64,000 bases of DNA from Singulisphaera sp. GP187 (GTDB taxonomy: Bacteria > Planctomycetota > Phycisphaerae > Phycisphaerales > SM1A02): assembly GCA_945869475.1 (NCBI GenBank), contig CAMBOV010000013.1, positions 3,662 through 67,661 of the forward strand, written 5' to 3'. Under the pieces are notes generated by a model that did no database searches, had not been told where the DNA came from, and was given only the letters and a program-made list of their open reading frames with translations. Shown piece after piece: positions 19,547 to 28,337 of the stretch (positions are counted from its first letter, which is position 1; every line of letters starts with the position of its first letter). The position numbers and the translations under genes were made by a program.

Positions 19547-19635
19547 ACTCTAGCGGTATGTTCTCGCCGCACACTCTCTGCACATGCGGCGCGACGTGAG
19601 AACCGCGCGGCGATTGGGGCTATTCTGCGCGACCC

Positions 19636-20733
19636 ATGCGAACCGAATCACTCTCGTTCTTGCGACGCCTGCTCGACACACCGAGCCCATCGGGTTTCGA
19701 GCACAACGGTCAGCGAATCTGGCTCGAGTATGTGAAGCCACTGGCGACCAAGACGTGGTCTGACCCCTATGGCAATTGTTTCGCAGAACTTCTGCCCGCT
19801 TCCGGCAACGCGCCCAACACGCGCACAATCGCCGTCTGTGGACACGCCGACGAAATCGGATTGATGGTGAATCACGTCGATGCACAAGGATTCGTCTATT
19901 GCAAGGCGATCGGCGGCATCGATTCAGGCTCAATCGTTGGAAAGCGCATCCAGTTTCGCTCGACGGTTGCAGGTGTGACTGAGCCTGTCATCGGACTCGT
20001 CGGCGCGACGGCGATCCACTTGCAAGACAAGGATGCCAGCGCGAAGGTTCGCAAGGTGCACGAGCTCTTTATCGACGTCGGAAGCAAAGACCTCGCCGCA
20101 ACGATGGCGCGGCTGAACATCGGTGATGCAGGAGTCTTTCTCGATCAGAGCATGATGTTGAGCGATGAACTTATCGTCGCACGCGCGCTCGACAATCGCA
20201 TCGGCACGTTCGTTGCAGCAGAGACACTGCGACTTCTCGCCGAGAAGCATGCGTTGCTCAATGTGCGCGTCGTCGCGGTGAGCACCGTGCAAGAGGAAGT
20301 TGGGTTGAACGGCGCAGCGATGATCGCCGAGAGTTTGCGCCCAGATATTGCGCTCGTGACGGATGTTGGTCACGCAACGGATAGCCCCGGCATCTCGCAC
20401 GCGCAGCATGGACAGTTCAAGATGGGTGAGGGTCCAAAAATTGCCGTTGGCGGGGCGCTTCATCCAGCAGTCGTTGCGCGATTGATCGAGGCGGCGGCGC
20501 AGAAGTCGGTTGCGCTGCAGCGGGCGGCGACGCCTGGTCGCAGTGGCACCGACACCGATGCGATTTTTCTTCGTGCGGGGGGCATCCCGTGCGGTCTGCT
20601 CAGTCTTCCAATTCGTTACATGCACACGACGGTTGAACTCGGCAACACGCGCGATCTGCGGCAGATCTCGGAAGTCTTCGCCGCGATGATTCTCAACCTG
20701 AAGCGCGACGAGTCAATTTCGAGTGGACTCTGA
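19636..20733 (+). CDS. M42 family metallo-aminopeptidase (TET/FrvX-like)
   Basis: 'LLDTPSPSGFE', 'GHADEIG' and 'ALDNRIG' are typical of M42 peptidases. Confidence 0.85.
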   Translation: MRTESLSFLRRLLDTPSPSGFEHNGQRIWLEYVKPLATKTWSDPYGNCFAELLPASGNAPNTRTIAVCGHADEIGLMVNHVDAQGFVYCKAIGGIDSGSIVGKRIQFRSTVAGVTEPVIGLVGATAIHLQDKDASAKVRKVHELFIDVGSKDLAATMARLNIGDAGVFLDQSMMLSDELIVARALDNRIGTFVAAETLRLLAEKHALLNVRVVAVSTVQEEVGLNGAAMIAESLRPDIALVTDVGHATDSPGISHAQHGQFKMGEGPKIAVGGALHPAVVARLIEAAAQKSVALQRAATPGRSGTDTDAIFLRAGGIPCGLLSLPIRYMHTTVELGNTRDLRQISEVFAAMILNLKRDESISSGL

Positions 20734-20769
20734 GTTGCGCAGGCAAACCGCACTACTATTACTCGCCCG

Positions 20770-21432
20770 ATGTTGAAGTTCGTCCATCAAGCGATTCGTG
20801 ATATCCGAACGACTGGATCAGTCTTTCCGAGTTCTCCTCGACTCGCACGTGCGATGACGAATTCGCTGCGAGAGCATCGCGGTGAGAAGAAAATTCTTGA
20901 AGTCGGACCTGGCACAGGAGCGTTCACCGAAGCGATCCTCTCGTCACTTCGTGGACACGACACCTTCGACGTCGTTGAGGTCAATCCTGTTTTCTGCGCG
21001 CACATCGAGGGGCGACTCTTGACTCCTTTTCGTGCGCACCACTCGAGCATGTCGATTCGATTGTTGTGCGCACCGATCGAAGAGGCGGCGCTCGAAGGTG
21101 GATATGACTTCGTGATCTGCGGTCTGCCGTTCAACAACTTTCCGCTCGCGCTCACCGAATCGATCTTCGCCCGAATGCTGCAGTTGATGCGCGATGGAGG
21201 CGAGTTGACCTACTTTGAATACCCAGGCATGCGCACGCTGAAGCGTCCATTTGTTGGACCACAGGGGCGAGATCACATCGCGAAGTTCAAAGCATTCGCG
21301 AAGAAAACAGCATCGTCACACCTCGTCACACGCACACTCGTCGTTGCGAACATCCCACCTGCGCACGCAGTTCGGCTGACCAAACGACACGGAGTTCTTG
21401 AGCCATGTTCCGCGTCAATGAAAACTTCCTGA
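20770..21432 (+). CDS. class I SAM-dependent methyltransferase (phospholipid N-methyltransferase/RrnaAD-like)
   Basis: 'TTGSVFPSSPRLARAM' and the SAM motif I 'ILEVGPGTGAFTEAIL'. The 3' end overlaps dapL by 28 nt. Confidence 0.7.
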   Translation: MLKFVHQAIRDIRTTGSVFPSSPRLARAMTNSLREHRGEKKILEVGPGTGAFTEAILSSLRGHDTFDVVEVNPVFCAHIEGRLLTPFRAHHSSMSIRLLCAPIEEAALEGGYDFVICGLPFNNFPLALTESIFARMLQLMRDGGELTYFEYPGMRTLKRPFVGPQGRDHIAKFKAFAKKTASSHLVTRTLVVANIPPAHAVRLTKRHGVLEPCSASMKTS

Positions 21433-22655
21433 AACTTTCGGCGGGCTACCTCTTTCCTGAAATTGCGCGTCGCGTCGCACTCTTTGCGGCCGAGAATCCT
21501 GCCGTGGCGGGGCGCATCATTCGCTGTGGCATCGGTGATGTCACTGAGCCACTGCCCGCGGCTGCGGCTGACGCGATGCACAAAGCCATCGACGACCTCA
21601 CCAAGCGCGAGACTTTTCACGGATATCCGCCGCCAGCGGGATATGACTTTGTGCGAGCTGCGATTGCCCAAGGAGACTTTCGCGCACGCGGGTGCGCGAT
21701 CGCGGACGATGAGATTTTTCTCAGTGATGGATCGAAGCCCGACGCGAGTGCGATCCTCGAGATTCTGGGAAGCGGAAATCGAGTTGCGATTACTGACCCG
21801 GTCTATCCGGTCTACGCCGACACGAACGTCATGGCTGGCAATTCGGGCGGCGCGCTTGAGGGCGGCGGCTACGAGGGATTCACCTATCTGCCGTGCACTC
21901 CTGCAAATGATTTTTCGCCCGCATTGCCGACGCACGGCGTCGACGTGATCTATCTCTGCTCGCCGAACAATCCAACGGGCGTTGTCTTAGACCGCGCCGC
22001 GCTCACTCGCTGGGTGCAGTACGCGCGCGACAACGGCGCAGTGATCTTGTTTGATGCGGCGTATGAGGCGTTCATCCGCGAGGATGGCATCCCCCATTCG
22101 ATCTACGAGATCGACGGCGCGCAGAGCTGCGCGATTGAGTTTCGATCCTTCTCGAAAGTCGGCGGATTCACCGGCGTTCGCTGCGGTTACACGGTGATGC
22201 CAAAGGCGCTTCACGCCACGAGCGCTGGCGGCGCACGCGTCGGATTGCATGGGCTGTGGATGCGCAGATGGGCAACCTGTTCGAACGGTGTCAGTTGGCC
22301 CGTGCAATGTGCGACTGCTGCGCTCTATTCGGCCGAGGGACGTGCGCAGACGCGCGCGCTGACCGACTTCTATCTCGAGAATGCAGCGTTGCTTTCTGCG
22401 GCGTGCGAATCGATGGGACTCAAGACGTACGGTGCGAAGAACTCTCCATATGTGTGGATGACATGCCCCGCAGGGCTCGGATCGTGGGAGGCCTTCGATT
22501 TGCTCCTGCGCGAGGCGCAGGTGGTGACGACTCCGGGTGCGGGCTTTGGGCGGTACGGCGAAGGATTCATTCGCATCAGCGCGTTCAACTCGCGCGCAAA
22601 TGTTCTCGAAGTTGTGAAGCGACTCGCGGTGTTGGTGCCCAGCGTCGCGCGATGA
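21405..22655 (+). CDS. dapL: LL-diaminopimelate aminotransferase
   Basis: 'MFRVNENFLKLSAGYLFPEIARR' and 'FRSFSKVGGFTGVRCGY' (PLP lysine) are DapL hallmarks. Confidence 0.9.
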   Translation: MFRVNENFLKLSAGYLFPEIARRVALFAAENPAVAGRIIRCGIGDVTEPLPAAAADAMHKAIDDLTKRETFHGYPPPAGYDFVRAAIAQGDFRARGCAIADDEIFLSDGSKPDASAILEILGSGNRVAITDPVYPVYADTNVMAGNSGGALEGGGYEGFTYLPCTPANDFSPALPTHGVDVIYLCSPNNPTGVVLDRAALTRWVQYARDNGAVILFDAAYEAFIREDGIPHSIYEIDGAQSCAIEFRSFSKVGGFTGVRCGYTVMPKALHATSAGGARVGLHGLWMRRWATCSNGVSWPVQCATAALYSAEGRAQTRALTDFYLENAALLSAACESMGLKTYGAKNSPYVWMTCPAGLGSWEAFDLLLREAQVVTTPGAGFGRYGEGFIRISAFNSRANVLEVVKRLAVLVPSVAR

Positions 22656-22658
22656 CCG

Positions 22659-23300
22659 TCAGCCGTCGTCGCCCCATCCACGCTTTTTCGTTTCGCTCTC
22701 TTGCGCGAGTTCTTCAGGCGCGCCTCGATATCCGTGACCGACGATAAACATCTCGACGCTTTCGCGCCGCGATGACGCGGGTTTCACGCCCTTGACCTCG
22801 CCGAAGAGTTGCTGCGTGCGCTTAAGCAGCGCTGGATAGCCGCCCCCCTCATAGACCTTCATCAGAACGTGACCGCCGAGTTTGAGCCAGACGGGCAGGC
22901 GATCGAGCAGTGTGTTGCAGAGCGCGACTGATCGAATGCTGTCGCCCGAGGCATCCCCAGAGGTATCAGGACCGATGTCACTGATGACCACATTGAAGAA
23001 CTCTCCGTCGAAAGCCTCGCTTGTGAGCTTGTTCAAGTCGGCTTGCATCACTCGTACATTTTCGGCGAGTCCGCGGGGATCGATCACCTTCAGGTCGAAG
23101 GCGCAGACGAATCCTGTGGGACCGACTCGCGCCGATGCGACCTGTGTCCATGAACCAGGCGCGGCTCCGACATCGAGCACACGATCGCCCTTTCGCAAGA
23201 TGCGGCGACGCTCTTCGATCTCGATCAACTTGTAGGCACTGCGCGCGCGGTATCCCTCTTCCTTGGCCTTTCGAAAATAGTGATCCTGAATTTCGCGCAT
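22659..23300 (-). CDS. rlmE: 23S rRNA (uridine-2'-O)-methyltransferase RlmE/FtsJ
   Basis: 'YRARSAYKLIEIEERRRIL' and 'VLDVGAAPGSW'. Confidence 0.85.
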   Translation of the reverse strand: MREIQDHYFRKAKEEGYRARSAYKLIEIEERRRILRKGDRVLDVGAAPGSWTQVASARVGPTGFVCAFDLKVIDPRGLAENVRVMQADLNKLTSEAFDGEFFNVVISDIGPDTSGDASGDSIRSVALCNTLLDRLPVWLKLGGHVLMKVYEGGGYPALLKRTQQLFGEVKGVKPASSRRESVEMFIVGHGYRGAPEELAQESETKKRGWGDDG

Positions 23301-23308
23301 GACAGAGA

Positions 23309-25075
23309 TTAGTCGTGGTGTCCACCTGAGTGAAAGAATGCCCGAATCTCCCGATTGAATCGCACTTGCGCTGGTTGGTAGACGCTGTCATGCGTCGCTC
23401 CTGGAACGATTTCGATATACCCCGGACCACTTGGAAAAACCCGACCTGCGATCGACTCCTCACGCATGCGCGCATCAATCGAGTCGCGCAACCGAATCGC
23501 CGCGCGCTCGAGATAGAACGAATCGCGCTCGCCGACAATCACACGCACCCGCTCAACAAAGAGTCGACCGAGCCCATCCCAATCTGCGCGGATGCGTCGC
23601 GCGATGTCGAACTGACTCCACGCCTCAATCGTCACTGGATCGATCACCCCAGTGTGCGGATCGCAGAGTCGACGCGCTCCGCCACCGCCATCTCTCGCAG
23701 AAAGCGCCGCCGCGGGACCAAACATCGCGGCCCATGCATCCCACTGTTGACCGGATGTTCCACCCGGCGAGAGTGCGTACTCCATGCCGATTTCATCTCG
23801 CACGAGCATGGGCACGAGATCGTGATGCGGTCCAATGTCTTGCCGATAGCTCGGTCGGTCACTGCCATCGTCAGCCGCGAAAAGATTGATGTCGCGGTAG
23901 AGGTCGCTCATCTCAAACGCAGAAAAATCAAGTGGATCGGGGCTGCTCGCAAACGCAGCGCCGAACGTGGTGGGATTGTTCAACGCAAGCCACGCGCTTG
24001 ACCATCCACCCGATGAATGACCCGTCACCACTCGCGCCGATGGATCGCGGATCAATCGAAAACGCTCCTGCAGATATGGAATGAGTTCGGTCACGAGCGC
24101 ACTCGAGCGCGGACCATTGAGTGCGCTGTCGACGAATCCATGATGTCCATAGGCACTTTCAGGATCGAGAATCACATAGACCGCTTGCGGCCAGTAATCG
24201 ACGAGCGCTGGATTGCCAACCTTCGTCGCGAGGTCAAGCGCCTCTGTGAAGCGGCCGCCAAATCCAGGCACGACGTACACGGTCGGCCAGATTCGGCGCT
24301 TCGCTCGCAGATCGTGATACTCCGCTGGAAAGACCACCGCCGCTCGATGCGTCACAGCACGTTCGGCTGCGGCTGAGAGCAGCGCGCTTGGGATATCGAT
24401 CCACACGACATTCTTCAATTCGGGCAGCGTCAACGCGGGAATTTTTTCGACAAGCTCGAGCGCGACGACGTCGCTGACGTCTCGACTGAATGCGACGGTT
24501 GTTGGCTTCGAGAGCAGGTTGCCCGCAGCGAGGTGTCCGCGTTCAAAGTCGCTGACGTCGAGCACCGCTTGCACCTCATATTCGCCTTGAAAGAGTTCAG
24601 AACCCCCTGGCCACCAGACGCTCGATTCGCCGAATTCAATAGGTGCTCCTGGCGCAACTGAATCAACCTGCACGGAGGCGATGGGCTGCGGATCTTCGAA
24701 GAAAGGTGCCATCGAAGGATCGCCACTCGCTCGACTATCGAGCGCGCGAAAAAAGAGAATCAGACGACCCGATCGACTCTTGGAGGCGAGCAACTCACCC
24801 TTCGCCTGCGGCAATGTCACAGTGATCGAATCTGCTGGCAGCGCCACACCCGCCTGTGGCGGCTGCACGCGTCGTCCCTTGTCGATGCGTGTTCGCTCGG
24901 GCGGCGCGGGGGCGAGTTGCTTCGATGCACTGCTCGCCGCCGAGGGCACGCTCGTTGGTTGCGCCGCTGGCGCCACGCGCTGTTGCTGCGGCGCTTGCTG
25001 TTGCGCTTGCTGTTGCGCTTGCTGTTGCGCAGAGCCAAGTGCGAGTGTCGCAAGCAGAAAGAGAGTGAACAACAC
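23309..25075 (-). CDS. secreted esterase-family alpha/beta hydrolase (putative-esterase/enterochelin-esterase-like) with Gln-rich N-terminus
   Basis: GTG start. Signal peptide 'LFTLFLLATLALGSA', then (QQQA)n. Nucleophile elbow 'GHSSGG'. Confidence 0.7.
   Translation of the reverse strand: MLFTLFLLATLALGSAQQQAQQQAQQQAPQQQRVAPAAQPTSVPSAASSASKQLAPAPPERTRIDKGRRVQPPQAGVALPADSITVTLPQAKGELLASKSRSGRLILFFRALDSRASGDPSMAPFFEDPQPIASVQVDSVAPGAPIEFGESSVWWPGGSELFQGEYEVQAVLDVSDFERGHLAAGNLLSKPTTVAFSRDVSDVVALELVEKIPALTLPELKNVVWIDIPSALLSAAAERAVTHRAAVVFPAEYHDLRAKRRIWPTVYVVPGFGGRFTEALDLATKVGNPALVDYWPQAVYVILDPESAYGHHGFVDSALNGPRSSALVTELIPYLQERFRLIRDPSARVVTGHSSGGWSSAWLALNNPTTFGAAFASSPDPLDFSAFEMSDLYRDINLFAADDGSDRPSYRQDIGPHHDLVPMLVRDEIGMEYALSPGGTSGQQWDAWAAMFGPAAALSARDGGGGARRLCDPHTGVIDPVTIEAWSQFDIARRIRADWDGLGRLFVERVRVIVGERDSFYLERAAIRLRDSIDARMREESIAGRVFPSGPGYIEIVPGATHDSVYQPAQVRFNREIRAFFHSGGHHD
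24991..25030 (-). repeat. 12-bp tandem repeat x3.3 (GCGCTTGCTGTT on + strand) inside the esterase gene
   Basis: Read directly from the sequence. It encodes (QQQA)n just after the signal peptide. Confidence 0.95.
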
Positions 25076-25108
25076 AGTGCGATCGTAGTCACCCGTTAGA
25101 CTTGAATT

Positions 25109-25945
25109 GTGCTGCGCGCCAACGCGATCCTCTTCCTCTGCTCCCTGCTCATCGGGGCTCTCGCTCTCGCGTGCGGATGCACGGCGAATCCCCGTCCCGG
25201 AATTGCATCAGGTGTCGTGCACGCGTGGAACAACACCGTCGGCGGTCATGTGCACGAAAACGAGTCGTTTCTTGTGCCATCCACTGGAGTGATGAACATC
25301 GAGGTCGACAACTTCGCTGGCAATGTGCAGGTGGACGCCGCGGGTGATGGAGCGACAGGATCGATCGATGTCGTACGCCGAGGAACACACGGTCTTGGAC
25401 GGCAAGGCGAGTCTGAAGAGTCGCTCAAAGAGCTCGCAGTGACCTACGGCGTCGAAGATCGCGCAGGTCACGCGACGCTGATCATCAAGTCAACGACGAC
25501 GCACGCCGAGCCCTGGTTTCAATCGGTCGACATCGAGATCACGGTGCCACGCCTCGGTGTGGTTGTCGTGCGAACGAGTCGAGGCCACGTTGCGATCACC
25601 AATTTCGAAGATGGCGTCGACATCGAAACGACGCACGGCGATGTGCGTGTTGCGACGAATGCCGCGATCACATCGCCGTCGACCATCCTGAACAAGGATG
25701 GATCGATCGATTGGCGCGTTGCTCCCAAGAGCACGGGAACCTTCGAGATCGAAGCGGTGAATGGACAGGCGCAGATTCGCGTCCGCGATGGCGTCTGGCT
25801 TGCGACCGATCGGCGCAACGACAGCAATTCGAACTACGGGAGACTCAATCGAGGCACGAATCGCGTGATCCTTCGAACCGTGGATGGCGACGTGCGCATG
25901 TACGTCGGTGAGAGCCCAACCGAAATGGGAACGTTCATCGACTAA
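25109..25945 (+). CDS. lipoprotein with DUF4097-like (putative adhesin) beta-repeat
   Basis: GTG start. Lipobox 'LALACGC'. Repeated 'HGDVRV' and 'DGDVRMYV' beta-strand motifs. Confidence 0.5.
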   Translation: MLRANAILFLCSLLIGALALACGCTANPRPGIASGVVHAWNNTVGGHVHENESFLVPSTGVMNIEVDNFAGNVQVDAAGDGATGSIDVVRRGTHGLGRQGESEESLKELAVTYGVEDRAGHATLIIKSTTTHAEPWFQSVDIEITVPRLGVVVVRTSRGHVAITNFEDGVDIETTHGDVRVATNAAITSPSTILNKDGSIDWRVAPKSTGTFEIEAVNGQAQIRVRDGVWLATDRRNDSNSNYGRLNRGTNRVILRTVDGDVRMYVGESPTEMGTFID

Positions 25946-26327
25946 TTGTCGACTCGTCGTTTCCGCGCAGCCACGCTGCCGGAACATTTGCGGTGCTCGC
26001 GATGATTCGCGATCGAATGCCGCCCCGCCCACGCCACTGCGTGATCACTTGCAACCAGGCTGGGCTCATCGATTGCGCGAGGTCGCTGCAAATGCGATTC
26101 GTCACCGCCTCATAGAAAATGCCCTCATTCCGAAACGACTGGTAATAGAGCTTGAGCGATTTCAACTCGACGCAGACGGCGTTGGGCTGATAGCGAAGAG
26201 TGATCGATCCAAAATCAGGATGCCCCGTTTTCGGACAGACCGACGTGAACTCGTCGTTGACGTGCTCGATGAGAAAGGGTTGATCGGTGGGCGAATCGAA
26301 GAATTCGAGCAGTTGTTGGTTGGGCAT
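25935..26327 (-). CDS. queF: NADPH-dependent 7-cyano-7-deazaguanine (preQ0) reductase, unimodular type
   Basis: 'EFTSVCPKTGHPDFGS' (catalytic Cys) and the QueF motif 'ELKSLKLYYQSFRNEGIFYE'. Confidence 0.9.
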   Translation of the reverse strand: MPNQQLLEFFDSPTDQPFLIEHVNDEFTSVCPKTGHPDFGSITLRYQPNAVCVELKSLKLYYQSFRNEGIFYEAVTNRICSDLAQSMSPAWLQVITQWRGRGGIRSRIIASTANVPAAWLRGNDESTISR

Positions 26328-26336
26328 GGATCGCTT

Positions 26337-28337
26337 TCAAAGTCCGTACGTGGTGTACAGCTTCAACACTTTGGGTTGATTCGGATTCGCTTGCATCGAA
26401 GCGCGAAAGGCGCGACGCGCTTCGGACGCGGCGACGGCATCCTTTTTCTCTGAGAGCAGCCAACGATTGAGAGCGTTGACTCCGATGCCATTCCATGCAG
26501 GCCAATAGTTTGGATCGATCACCACCGATTGTCGATAAGCCGCGCTCGACGAGTCGTAATTGCCCGCGCGAAACTCGGCCCATCCAAGTCGTTCATAGGT
26601 CTCTGGCCCCAACGAGAGTTTCGTCAAGGCGATCGCGGTGTTCACTGCCTCTGGATAGCGCCCATCGGCAACGTACGCATTCACCATGTTGGTGAGCAAC
26701 TGTGGAGTCGCAGGCAGCAATTCTACCGCCGCTTGATACTGCACGATCGCATCGCCAGGACGACCGAGTCGCTCGTACGCAACGCCGAGATTGACGTGCG
26801 CCGCTCCATTGCGTGGCTCGAGTTGCACGGCGCGCTGCCCAAACTGTGCCGCGACACGCGGGTCTCCCAGCGATAGGTATGCCGTCGCCATGTTGAGATT
26901 GACTTCAGCGCTCTTTGGATTCGCAACGAGCGCGCGTTGATAGGCACCGATCGATTCGGCGAGCCGTCCGAGCATCTGCAGCGATCGTCCGTGACCATAC
27001 TGCGCCTGAAAGTCAGCTGGATCGAGCGTGACGGCGCGCTTGAAGTTGGGCTCTGCATCGGCATATCGACCCTGCGAAAATCGCACGTCACCGATGCCGA
27101 CATACGCCTCAGGCAACAATGGATTCTTCTCGAGCAGTTCTTGAAAGAGCGCGAGCGCAGCCTCGTTGTCGCCCGCGGTGCGCAACTCTGTTGCAGTCGC
27201 GAGCTTCACTTTTTCACCCGCGGTCGGCTCGACAGGTCCAGAGCGCGTCGTGAGCGGCGCACTCTTCGTGGCGCTCGTGCCACCACCAAACCACTGGCAG
27301 CCAATCGATGAGCCCGCGAAGAGCGTGAACATCGTGAGCATGCCGATCATTGGGAGCATGCCAATCATGCTGCTCATGCTGCTCATCGAGCGCACACGCA
27401 TCGCTTCGAGTCGCTTGATATTCACGAGATCCCACTCCTGCTCATTGCGGTCACTCTCATCTTCTTTGGGCGTTTCTAAAATCATCGGAACATCACGCAG
27501 CGCCTGAGCATTCAGAATAGCGTGAAAACATGCCTCGCCGCAGCAGCCCTCGCCGATATGCGCGTGTCGATCTTTGCGCGATCCGAGTGCTCCCACCGAG
27601 TCATTCACGTGCACAACACGCACCGTTTCGAGCGAACAAACCGTGTCGAGTTCTTCGAGCACAGCGCGCGCCTTCGACGCAGTCGACAGGTCGTATCCAG
27701 CCGCCACAATGTGACAACTGTCGACGCAGATGCCCACCCGCTCTGGGGCGCGCACGAGCGAACGAATTCTCGCGAGATGAGCGAAGTCGTAGCCAAGATT
27801 CGTGCCAGAGCCTGTCGTTGTCTCGAGGCAGGAGATCACTTTGTATCCAGCGAGATCGCGGTGAAGTTCATCAAGCGCCGCAGCGATTCGCTCGAGACCT
27901 GCAACCTCATCGTTGCTCGACGGAGCGCGCAACACATTGGGGTCACTCGGGCGACGCGCCGCGCCGAGATGCGCTCCGGGATGCATCACGCACCAAGCGA
28001 TGCCGAGCGTCTCGCACCGCTCAAGCTCGTCGCGTTGCGCCGCGATGCTTCGCGCGCGCGCAGTTGGATCGGGCGAGGCGAGGTTCACGAGATACGAGTT
28101 GTGACTCACGATTCTCTGCGGCGCGTCGGACCATCCCGTGGCAATCACCGCCTCGCGCCAGAGCGCGATCTGCTCATCGCGCAGTGGTTGCGCCGTCCAC
28201 TGCCGCTGGTTCTTGGTGAACACCTGCACCGAATCGAATTGCAACCGGGCAGCCTCGATGAGCGCGAGGTGCCCTCCGCCAGCCACCGAAAGGTGACTGC
28301 CGTACCTAGGACGAGCGTTCTGTGCCGTGGGCTTCAC
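26337..28337 (-). CDS. nfo: endonuclease IV (Nfo) domain fused in frame to a lipoprotein-type signal peptide and a TPR-repeat domain
   Basis: The N-terminal ~310 aa is Nfo/Xyl-isomerase-like TIM: 'GSHLSVAGG', 'VMHPGAH', 'ICVDSCH', 'HVNDS', 'ILETP'. Then comes 'MSSMSSMIGMLPMIGMLTMFTLFAGSSIGC', followed by about 8 TPR units. The GTG at 28337 forms a GTGA overlap with the upstream stop. The ORF is open to 28367. Confidence 0.75.
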   Translation of the reverse strand: MKPTAQNARPRYGSHLSVAGGGHLALIEAARLQFDSVQVFTKNQRQWTAQPLRDEQIALWREAVIATGWSDAPQRIVSHNSYLVNLASPDPTARARSIAAQRDELERCETLGIAWCVMHPGAHLGAARRPSDPNVLRAPSSNDEVAGLERIAAALDELHRDLAGYKVISCLETTTGSGTNLGYDFAHLARIRSLVRAPERVGICVDSCHIVAAGYDLSTASKARAVLEELDTVCSLETVRVVHVNDSVGALGSRKDRHAHIGEGCCGEACFHAILNAQALRDVPMILETPKEDESDRNEQEWDLVNIKRLEAMRVRSMSSMSSMIGMLPMIGMLTMFTLFAGSSIGCQWFGGGTSATKSAPLTTRSGPVEPTAGEKVKLATATELRTAGDNEAALALFQELLEKNPLLPEAYVGIGDVRFSQGRYADAEPNFKRAVTLDPADFQAQYGHGRSLQMLGRLAESIGAYQRALVANPKSAEVNLNMATAYLSLGDPRVAAQFGQRAVQLEPRNGAAHVNLGVAYERLGRPGDAIVQYQAAVELLPATPQLLTNMVNAYVADGRYPEAVNTAIALTKLSLGPETYERLGWAEFRAGNYDSSSAAYRQSVVIDPNYWPAWNGIGVNALNRWLLSEKKDAVAASEARRAFRASMQANPNQPKVLKLYTTYGL

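Noticed and set aside
26328-26336. preQ1 riboswitch upstream of queF
   Set aside because: Only 9 nt separate queF from the preceding gene, so there is no room for an aptamer.
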